This document shows, in pieces, positions 56,675 to 64,000 of a stretch of 64,000 nucleotides of DNA. The notes below the pieces were generated by a model. The model searched no databases. It saw only the letters and a list, made by a program, of their open reading frames with translations, and was not told the DNA's origin. The first letter of the stretch is position 1. Each line of letters starts with the position of its first letter. The DNA is from an uncultured Nitrospiraceae bacterium (GTDB lineage Bacteria; Nitrospirota; Nitrospiria; Nitrospirales; Nitrospiraceae): assembly GCA_963846575.1 (NCBI GenBank), contig CAWJWJ010000001.1, forward strand, positions 1,024,001 through 1,088,000, in the 5' to 3' direction. The translations under genes and the position numbers were made by a program.

Positions 56675-59107
56675 ATGGGTGTATCCACCACGGCAAAGCG
56701 CGGTGACGCCCGCACAACTCCTTCCCGTTCCTCACATGTGAAGCGTGAAGTGATCGGGGTTCTCCTGATCGCCGCCGGTCTTTTGATCCTGCTCAGTCTG
56801 GTGTCGTTTTTCCCCGGTGACGCCAAGTCGATCGCGGCGTCCGGATCAGCCGGCCACCAGCCGAAAAACATGATCGGGTCCGTGGGGGCGTTGGCCGCGG
56901 CAGCGTCCTTTTACACGATCGGCGGAGCCGCCTATCTATTTCCGATTCTGCTCGGCCTGCTCGGCGCCCGCTGTTTCCTGCCGATCCCTCTCACCGTCCG
57001 ACTCAGAAATGCCGGCAGCGGTATCGCGGCGATGGTGTGCTTGAGTGCGTTCCTTCATTTGGAGGTGACGGCGGTTCCAACCATTTCGAGCGGATGGGTG
57101 AACCGGGGCCTGGCGGGCGGCCTGGTCGGCCAGGTATTGGCCGACGGCCTCCGGAGCTATTTCGCCAATACCGGCGCACATATCGTCGTGCTGACCGGGT
57201 TGATGATCTCGCTGCTGTTCACGCTCCCTATTTCTCTCACATTGCTGGTGCAGCGGCTTCCCGGGTGGTGGGCAGTCGTCCGCGAGCGCCTTGTGAACTG
57301 GTTGCCCGAGTGGCCAACCGCCCAGGCAGATGTGCCGAAACGGGTTCGTGTGAAGCCATCCCGCGCACCCCGTGAAAATGAAGAATCAGATTTCGACCGC
57401 GAGGTGGAAGTCGTGGCCGAGGCGGTGGAGCAGATCGCGGTTCCCATGATTCCGCCCAAGATTCAGCCGCCGCTGAAGGTCGAAAAACGCGTCCCCTCAG
57501 TCGAAGAACCGGCCGCGGCGGTCGCGACGAGCCAGTCCGTGTCGGATGGGTATGTGCTGCCCGACCCGCAAGAATTGTTGAGCGATCCTTCCGGACCACT
57601 GGCCCGCCTGAGCGACGCGGAAATTACCCAGCAGTCCGAGATTTTGACCAAGGCTCTGAAAAGCTTCACGATCGAAGGCCGGGTGACGGAAGTACGCCCC
57701 GGGCCGGTCGTGACCATGTACGAATTCGAACCGGCGCCCGGCACCAAAGTCGCCCGTATCGTCAATCTCGCTGATGATCTGGCCCTGGCTCTGAAGGCAA
57801 TCAGTCTGCGCATCGTGGCGCCGCTGCCGGGGAAATCGGTCGTGGGCATTGAGGTGCCCAATCCCCACCGCGAGACCGTCTCGCTCAAGGAAGTGGTGAC
57901 CAGTGATTCCTTCTCCCGATCGGGCTCCAAGTTGAGCCTGGCCTTGGGGAAGGATATTTTCGGCGCGGCCGTCAGCGCGGACCTCCAGAAAATGCCGCAT
58001 CTCCTCGTGGCCGGGGCTACCGGCGCGGGCAAGAGCGTGAGCTTGAACACGATGTTGCTCAGCATTTTGTTCAGCGCACGGCCGAATGAAGTCAAGCTGC
58101 TCCTCATCGATCCGAAAATGCTGGAGTTCCAAAGCTACGACGGCATTCCACACCTGCTGCGTCCCGTCATCACCGATCCCAAGTCTGCGGCACGTGGTTT
58201 GGGGTGGGTGGTGCAGGAAATGGAACGGCGGTACAAACTGTTGGCCGAGGCGGGCGTCCGCAGCATCGACGCATACAATCGAAGGATTTCCGAGATGCAC
58301 GGTGCCGTATCGGATGTGTGGCAAACCGGCAAAGCGGAGCAGGTTGAATTGACGTTTCTCTCCGAAGAAGAGCGGTTGTCGAAGGGAGAGAGCGCGGAGG
58401 CGGCCGGCGAAAACGGACCGGTTGATTCGGTCAAGCCGAGTCCGCCTGAGCCGCTGCCGTATATCATGGTCATGATCGATGAACTGGCAGACCTGATGAT
58501 GGTCGCTCCCAAAGATGTCGAAGACAAAATTGCGCGTCTGGCACAAATGGCCCGCGCCTCGGGAATCCATCTGGTGTTAGCCACCCAGCGCCCGTCGGTC
58601 GATGTCTTGACGGGGCTCATCAAAGCCAATTTTCCCGCCCGTATCGCGTTTCAAGTGTCGTCCAAGACCGACTCCCGCACAATTCTCGACGCCAACGGCG
58701 CAGAAGCCTTGCTGGGGCGCGGCGACATGCTGTATCTGGCCTCGGGGACGGGGAAGTTGATGCGTATTCACGGATCCTACGTATCGGATGACGACGTGCG
58801 GCGAGTCGTGGAATTCGTGAAGAAACAGGCGCTACCGTCCTATTGCCGTGAGTTGCAATCGTTGAAGCTGGACGAGGCGGAAGAAGAGCAGGCGAAGGAC
58901 GAAGTCTATGAACAGGCCAAGGATCTGGTGCTGTCGACCGGGCAGGCGTCGGCCTCGCTGATCCAGCGCCGTCTGCGCGTGGGATATCCCCGGGCGGCGA
59001 GGATGATCGAACAGATGGAGGCGGAAGGTGTGGTGGGAGCGGCAGGCCGGGATGGACGTCGGGAAGTCCTGGGCCGACGCGGACCGGTCGGAGGGGATGA
59101 GGCATGA
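56675..59107 (+). CDS. ftsK: DNA translocase FtsK
   Basis: N-terminal TM region; PGPVVT.YE, MPHLLVAGATGAGKSV, IDELADLMM, LATQRPSVDV, gamma domain QRRLRVGY.RAAR. Confidence 0.96.
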   Translation: MGVSTTAKRGDARTTPSRSSHVKREVIGVLLIAAGLLILLSLVSFFPGDAKSIAASGSAGHQPKNMIGSVGALAAAASFYTIGGAAYLFPILLGLLGARCFLPIPLTVRLRNAGSGIAAMVCLSAFLHLEVTAVPTISSGWVNRGLAGGLVGQVLADGLRSYFANTGAHIVVLTGLMISLLFTLPISLTLLVQRLPGWWAVVRERLVNWLPEWPTAQADVPKRVRVKPSRAPRENEESDFDREVEVVAEAVEQIAVPMIPPKIQPPLKVEKRVPSVEEPAAAVATSQSVSDGYVLPDPQELLSDPSGPLARLSDAEITQQSEILTKALKSFTIEGRVTEVRPGPVVTMYEFEPAPGTKVARIVNLADDLALALKAISLRIVAPLPGKSVVGIEVPNPHRETVSLKEVVTSDSFSRSGSKLSLALGKDIFGAAVSADLQKMPHLLVAGATGAGKSVSLNTMLLSILFSARPNEVKLLLIDPKMLEFQSYDGIPHLLRPVITDPKSAARGLGWVVQEMERRYKLLAEAGVRSIDAYNRRISEMHGAVSDVWQTGKAEQVELTFLSEEERLSKGESAEAAGENGPVDSVKPSPPEPLPYIMVMIDELADLMMVAPKDVEDKIARLAQMARASGIHLVLATQRPSVDVLTGLIKANFPARIAFQVSSKTDSRTILDANGAEALLGRGDMLYLASGTGKLMRIHGSYVSDDDVRRVVEFVKKQALPSYCRELQSLKLDEAEEEQAKDEVYEQAKDLVLSTGQASASLIQRRLRVGYPRAARMIEQMEAEGVVGAAGRDGRREVLGRRGPVGGDEA

Positions 59108-59826
59108 TGCGGATCTACTCAATGAGTGCGCTGGTGCTGTTTGGTGGCTTCCTGGCATGGGCTCACCCGGTCATGGCGGACGAACCGCCGGTGGATGAGC
59201 AGCTCGTCAAGGAAGTGCAGGAGGTCGTGAAGAACATCCAGGTCCGGTACGAAAAGACGAAAGATCTGCAGGCGACGTTTACTCAAAAGACGAGGATCGA
59301 GGGGTTTTCCACGCCGGTGGTTTCGACGGGCCGATTCTACATCAAGAAACCAGGACGCTTGCGCTGGGACTATATCGAGCCCGCGACGGAAGAAATCTAC
59401 GTCAATAAAGACGATGTCAAAATGTACGTTCCGGAGCACAAACAAGTGTTGGTGGGCAAGCTCACCTATATGGCCGCCTCCCAGGCCCCGCTGCAATTGC
59501 TGCAGGGTGTCGCGAAGTTGGATGAAGAGTTTGATATCGAACCGACTGCGAACAAAGAGCGGGGGGCGGGCGGCATTCCGCTGGTCTCTCTCACGCCCAA
59601 GCAGGGGCGCGCCGAACCCGAGCGGGCGATTCAGAAAATCGTGATTGAGGTGCAGCCCAAGACCTATTTTCTGAAGACCATTGCGTTGCATGAGGTCAGC
59701 GGCAATGTCGCCACCTTCGAATTTTCCGACCTGAAGCCGAATAGCGGATTAAAGGACGAGGTATTTGATTTCAAGACACCGGCAGATGTAGAAGTCGTAC
59801 GGGCGCCGGTGTTGAGCCGGCCCTAG
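59104..59826 (+). CDS. lolA: Outer-membrane lipoprotein carrier LolA
   Basis: Signal peptide; ATFTQ, KKPGRLRWDY, F.F.TP..V; follows ftsK. Confidence 0.85.
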   Translation: MMRIYSMSALVLFGGFLAWAHPVMADEPPVDEQLVKEVQEVVKNIQVRYEKTKDLQATFTQKTRIEGFSTPVVSTGRFYIKKPGRLRWDYIEPATEEIYVNKDDVKMYVPEHKQVLVGKLTYMAASQAPLQLLQGVAKLDEEFDIEPTANKERGAGGIPLVSLTPKQGRAEPERAIQKIVIEVQPKTYFLKTIALHEVSGNVATFEFSDLKPNSGLKDEVFDFKTPADVEVVRAPVLSRP

Positions 59827-60019
59827 CGGGAGATGCAGAAACGGTCCACGCCTGTCGTCCCCAGATGGCAGCAAAGCAGGACGTAGGCGCCACCTGCGAT
59901 GACTATCCTTCACGCGCAACCTATTCGAGCTTGAGGATGGTTTATCAGGAACCGACGGGACAGATGTACGATACAATGCTGGCATGCGGAGTGGCCGATC
60001 CGGCCTGGGCGAGGAGATC

Positions 60020-60775
60020 ATGAACCAGACTTACATGAGCGGCGTCACCGAGGCGGTGGAGCAGGCGGTCGCGGCATTGGACCTCGACCGGCTGGAACGG
60101 GAGTATTGGGAGCAGAACGAATTCCTGTATATTCCGGAGTTCCTTCCCCGTGCCTTCGTGGAGTCGTTGCTGGTTCCACAGGCGCAGGCGCTTAAATCAG
60201 GACTGAACCGCAATTATATTCCGGGCCATAAGAAGGGTGGGAGCGTCAGTTATTACGCGGTGAGGGAGCAGGCCCCGCCGTTCATTGATCTCTACAAGTC
60301 GGAGGCCTTCCGGGTGATGTTGAATCGATTGACCAGGGTCAATCTGCTGCTCTGCCCGGATAATGATCCACATGCCTGCGCCCTCTATTATTATACGGAA
60401 GCCGGCGATCATATCGGGTATCACTATGATACGTCCTACTATAAGGGTGCTCGATACACGATTCTGATGGGCTTGTTGGATCAGTCCACGCAATGCCGCC
60501 TGGTCTGTGATCTGTTTAAGGACGTGCCGGGGAAACAGCCGATTCATCGTGAGCTGGCTACTGCACCGGGCGATCTGGTGCTGTTCAACGGCGACAAGCT
60601 GTGGCATGCCGTCACCCCGCTTGGAGAGCGCGAGCAGCGGATCGTGCTCACAATGGAATACGTCACGAATCCTGAGATGGGTCCGTTCAAGCGGTTGTAT
60701 TCCAATCTCAAGGATTCATTCGGTTATTTCGGGCTGCGCTCGGTCTTCAAGCGATCCCCGTTCTCTCGCGTGTAG
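60020..60775 (+). CDS. 2OG-Fe(II) oxygenase
   Basis: HYD (HxD) ... WHAVTP ... R; GAGGAG SD. Confidence 0.8.
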   Translation: MNQTYMSGVTEAVEQAVAALDLDRLEREYWEQNEFLYIPEFLPRAFVESLLVPQAQALKSGLNRNYIPGHKKGGSVSYYAVREQAPPFIDLYKSEAFRVMLNRLTRVNLLLCPDNDPHACALYYYTEAGDHIGYHYDTSYYKGARYTILMGLLDQSTQCRLVCDLFKDVPGKQPIHRELATAPGDLVLFNGDKLWHAVTPLGEREQRIVLTMEYVTNPEMGPFKRLYSNLKDSFGYFGLRSVFKRSPFSRV

Positions 60776-60794
60776 TACGCCCTGCCCCTTCAGA

Positions 60795-60822
60795 ACCAGC
60801 CAGGCCGCGGCTGGTCTTCTCT
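60795..60822. terminator. Possible terminator hairpin between convergent genes
   Basis: ACCAGCC-7 nt-GGCTGGT stem followed by a pyrimidine tract; weak U tail. Confidence 0.3.
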
Positions 60823-60837
60823 GCTCGACTCAGCTGC

Positions 60838-61275
60838 CTAGGCGACGAACTGATCCTTGAAGAGTGTGTGGTTATCGACCGCGCACTTCAGGACTCGAAG
60901 GAGATCCTGCTTGGTGACCGGCTTAACGAGATAGTCGCGCACGCCCATCTTCATCAGGGTGACTGCGAGGTCACAATCAGGATAACCCGTCAGTACGATC
61001 ACGGGAACCGAAGGATAGTGCGATCGGAAAAAATGAATCGCATCGATTCCATTGATGCGCGGCATGCGGATATCACACAGGATCGCATCGACCATCAACG
61101 GGTTGTCTCCATCGCCGAGCGCTGAGATGGCTTCTTCGCCATCGGCCGCCTCGGCGACTTCATAACCAGCCTGCAAGAGGGCGATTCGAATCGGTTTCCG
61201 GATAGAAAGCTCATCGTCCACGACGAGGATGCGTCCCTCGCACGGACGAATCGGAGTATGGGTAGGTTCATGCAT
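60838..61275 (-). CDS. Single-domain response regulator (CheY-like)
   Basis: ILVVDDE, CDIRMP, LTG, YLVKP; GAGAGG SD. Confidence 0.9.
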   Translation of the reverse strand: MHEPTHTPIRPCEGRILVVDDELSIRKPIRIALLQAGYEVAEAADGEEAISALGDGDNPLMVDAILCDIRMPRINGIDAIHFFRSHYPSVPVIVLTGYPDCDLAVTLMKMGVRDYLVKPVTKQDLLRVLKCAVDNHTLFKDQFVA

Positions 61276-61289
61276 GGCGGACCTCTCTG

Positions 61290-64000
61290 CTAGTGAGGTA
61301 AGGCCGGGAACCGCAACCGGAATGTGGTGCCCTCACGTTCGGTGCTGTCCACCGTAATGGTTCCATGGTGTTTGGTGACAATCTTGTGGACGATGCTGAG
61401 TCCGAGTCCGGTCCCTTTGCCGGGCTCCTTGGTGGTAAAAAACGGGTCGAAAATTCTCGGCAGCACGGCGGCGGGGATTCCCGGACCGTTGTCTGCAATG
61501 GTCACGTCGATCCATTCTCCCTCTTGGGCAGTGGTAAGGGTCAGGCGGCCGGTGCCGTTCATCGCCTGGGCGGCATTGCTGATCAGATTGACGAACACTT
61601 GATCGATCTCGCCTTTGCGGGCTCTGAGAAACGCGAGCGCCTCGAAATGAGTGACGACTTCCAGATACCCGAAATGGGGTCCTCGCCGAACCATCTTGAC
61701 CGCTTCCATCAAACGTTCCGCCAGATCGATCTCCGTTTCTCCGTCACGACCCGCGGAGCGGGTATAACTGGCAAAATCACGGACGACGGTGGACACGTGC
61801 CGTGCATAGCCCACGATATCGGAAGCAAACTCCCTGACCCTTCCAAAATCCTCTTCCTCCTGGATCAGTTCGGCCATGCTGAGAATGGCCTGGGCCGGGT
61901 TATTGATCTCATGAGCCATGCCGGACACCATCGTGCCGAGGCTTGACAGCTTTTCGGCCTGTATGAGCTGATCCTGGAGTTGTTTCTCTTCCGTGATATC
62001 CCAGAGCACGATGCCCAGTTGATACTGATATTGTGATCGCTCAGGTGCGGCCACAGGAAAGAAGCGATACCGGTATACCCTTTTGCGGACCTCGCATTCA
62101 CGTTCGGACAGTCCTTGCGCGGATGTGCGTGACAGCGAGGACCACTCCTGCGCGAGCCGCCTGGTCACGTCGTCAGTCAAGCCCAGGCATTCAGCGAGAG
62201 AATGGCCGGTCAGGGAGGTTCCGGACGAGGCGAAGCATTGGTGGGCCAGGTCGTTCGCATACTGCACGCGCAAGTCCCGTCCGCAGAGGAAAATGGCCCC
62301 GGGCAGACTGGCCAACAGACTCTGGGTCATGTCATGGCTGGCGCGCAAGGCCTGTCCGGCCTGCGCCCGCTCCATGAACTGCCCGATTTTCATGCCCGTA
62401 TCCGCCAGGGTCTGAATGAGATAGTGATCGGTCGCGCGAACATTCTTGGAAAACAGTTCAAGCACGCCCCGGACCATGCCGCCGGTCCGAATAGGAATGA
62501 CGCAGGCGCCGTGGATTCCCAAGCGCGAGGCGGTCGGGGCACGCGTGAACTGAGGGTCTGCCAGGGCATCCAGCACCCAGAGCGGACGTTTCGTGCTCCA
62601 GACCAGGCCGGGGAAATCAATCCCGGGTGGAAATTCGCTCTTGAGACTCAAGGAAAGGAATTCGTCCCACCGGTGCGTCTGGCTGACCCAGGTGCCCTGG
62701 CAGGTCAGGGTTTCCCTGGCCGGCGGGCTGCACCAGAAGAGCGCCATATCCCAGGCGCCCATTTCGCTGATGACGCAAAGGAGTTGCGGGATCGCTTCTT
62801 CGATCGTATTCGCCTGAGCGAGAAGATGACTGACGGAAAGCTGGGCCTGCTGCAGACTTTCCTGCCGCTTCTGGTCCGTAATGTCCTGAAATACGACCAC
62901 CACGCCGACCACTCGATCCTGTTCGAGGATCGGACTGGTCGTATAGTGAACCGGAAACCGAGTGCCATCCTTTTTGCTAAACGTGTCATTCTGAATGCGG
63001 TGAACCACTCCGTCACGGACCGATGAGTGGAGGCAGAACGGGTCCGGGGAGGGTGTGGACTCAGCGTCGTCGTCTCGATAGAGAAGCGGAGCCATAGGTT
63101 TCCCGATCAGGTCCGCAGCGGTCCAGCCGAGCATGCGTGCGCCGGTCGAATTGACGAAGGTCGCACATCCCTGCAGATCGAGGCCGAAGATGCCTTCCCC
63201 GGCGCTGTCCAGGATCAAGGCATTCTGGCGGCTCAGCCTGACGATGGATTCTTCAGCCTCCTTGCGCCGGGTCACGTCACGGATGATTCCGCTGAAGAAC
63301 AGCCCCTCCTTCGCATGCCAGGACGCCAGAGACAGTTCGATCGGAAACTCCTGTCCGGTGTTCGTGAGGCCCACCAACTCAATGGTCGTGCCGATCAGCT
63401 TGGGCGCCCCACCTTGAGCGACGCGCATGACGCCGGCGCTGTGGGACGATCGGAACCGTTCCGGTAGCAAGATGGTAAGCGGCTGTCCCAAGGCTTCGCG
63501 CTTGTTACGCCCGAACATCCGTTCCGCCGCGCCGTTCCACCAAATGATATGGCCCTCGTGGTCGGCGAGCACGATCGCGTCGGTCGCAGATTCCACCAAC
63601 GCGCGGAAGCGTTCTTCGCTGGCGTGGAGGGCCTGCTCGACATGTTCGGCCCGGACAGCCAAGCCCTTCACCGAGACGGCTCGGCGGAGGATGGCTTTCA
63701 ACTCCTGGGAGTTATACGGCTTGGTGAGGTAGGCGAAGGCGCCCTTGGTCAGGGAGCCGATGGTGTTCTCGGGCGTGGCATTGCCGGTCAGAATGATGAT
63801 GGGAAGCGATGGATCCAATTCCATCATGACCTTGAGCACGGACAGCCCGTTCAGGTCCGGCAATTGGATGTCGAGGAGCGCGGCAGCATATTGCTCCTGC
63901 TTGGCATGCAGCAATGCCTCGTTACCGGTCGCAGCGCTTTGGACGACATAACCTTCGTGAGATAACATATCGCTGAGCGATTCCCGAATATCGGCGTCGT
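61290..64000 (-). CDS. Hybrid sensor kinase REC-PAS-PAS-GAF-PAS-HisKA-HATPase (5' truncated by window edge)
   Basis: Frame open to the window end (DADIRESLSDML); LDIQLPD, PAS/PAC motifs, AHEINNP, QVFVNL..NA, DNGPG, FDPFFTTK..G.GTGLGL. Confidence 0.9.
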   Translation of the reverse strand, partial: DADIRESLSDMLSHEGYVVQSAATGNEALLHAKQEQYAAALLDIQLPDLNGLSVLKVMMELDPSLPIIILTGNATPENTIGSLTKGAFAYLTKPYNSQELKAILRRAVSVKGLAVRAEHVEQALHASEERFRALVESATDAIVLADHEGHIIWWNGAAERMFGRNKREALGQPLTILLPERFRSSHSAGVMRVAQGGAPKLIGTTIELVGLTNTGQEFPIELSLASWHAKEGLFFSGIIRDVTRRKEAEESIVRLSRQNALILDSAGEGIFGLDLQGCATFVNSTGARMLGWTAADLIGKPMAPLLYRDDDAESTPSPDPFCLHSSVRDGVVHRIQNDTFSKKDGTRFPVHYTTSPILEQDRVVGVVVVFQDITDQKRQESLQQAQLSVSHLLAQANTIEEAIPQLLCVISEMGAWDMALFWCSPPARETLTCQGTWVSQTHRWDEFLSLSLKSEFPPGIDFPGLVWSTKRPLWVLDALADPQFTRAPTASRLGIHGACVIPIRTGGMVRGVLELFSKNVRATDHYLIQTLADTGMKIGQFMERAQAGQALRASHDMTQSLLASLPGAIFLCGRDLRVQYANDLAHQCFASSGTSLTGHSLAECLGLTDDVTRRLAQEWSSLSRTSAQGLSERECEVRKRVYRYRFFPVAAPERSQYQYQLGIVLWDITEEKQLQDQLIQAEKLSSLGTMVSGMAHEINNPAQAILSMAELIQEEEDFGRVREFASDIVGYARHVSTVVRDFASYTRSAGRDGETEIDLAERLMEAVKMVRRGPHFGYLEVVTHFEALAFLRARKGEIDQVFVNLISNAAQAMNGTGRLTLTTAQEGEWIDVTIADNGPGIPAAVLPRIFDPFFTTKEPGKGTGLGLSIVHKIVTKHHGTITVDSTEREGTTFRLRFPALPH

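Noticed and set aside
57497..58570. 357-aa antisense ORF, and similar long shadow ORFs (11243-12049, 36416-37207, 48145-49029, 49529-50332, 62202-63026)
   Set aside because: They lie opposite well-supported genes, have no motifs, and are expected from GC-rich codon bias.
60020..60775. BesD-like halogenase
   Set aside because: The carboxylate ligand (HYD) is retained.
1..64000. Mobile elements, prophage, defence systems, tRNA/rRNA
   Set aside because: No transposase, integrase, phage structural cluster, cas or restriction genes, or RNA-gene signatures recognised by eye.

Overview
A 64-kb bacterial chromosomal segment, roughly 60% GC and densely coding, made up mostly of housekeeping genes. 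Gene content, gene order and protein style suggest a Nitrospira-like (Nitrospirota) genome; this is inference, as the window has no rRNA. Recognisable genes: an arginine/lysine biosynthesis run (argD-argF-argG-argH-small lipoprotein-lysA-dapA-dapB), dapL-folK-panC, gpmA, tal/fsa, a family-5 UDG, a lytic transglycosylase, a glycerate kinase broken by a G-homopolymer frameshift, an RPH-architecture PEP-utilising enzyme, rmuC, wzm/wzt, a pmtA-like methyltransferase, an ABC exporter operon, truD, gpsA-larB, larC, pdxA-rsmA, ftsK-lolA and a hybrid kinase/response regulator pair. I saw no tRNA, rRNA, CRISPR array, IS or prophage. Best candidate for an undescribed system: a split, order-reversed AgrE/ArgZ (TIGR00300-type ornithine-cyclodeaminase-like gene plus arginine dihydrolase-type amidinotransferase) lying next to the nickel-pincer cofactor genes larB and larC, with no larA in the window. 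Other notable items: an orphan Pvc16/DUF4255-like gene with its own promoter, a 50-aa Cys4 micro-protein missing from the ORF track, repeated promoter-to-start spacing typical of leaderless mRNAs, an AT-rich valley across core genes at about 11-18 kb, and two possibly structured intergenic regions. All family assignments are by eye from motifs; none were checked by database search.
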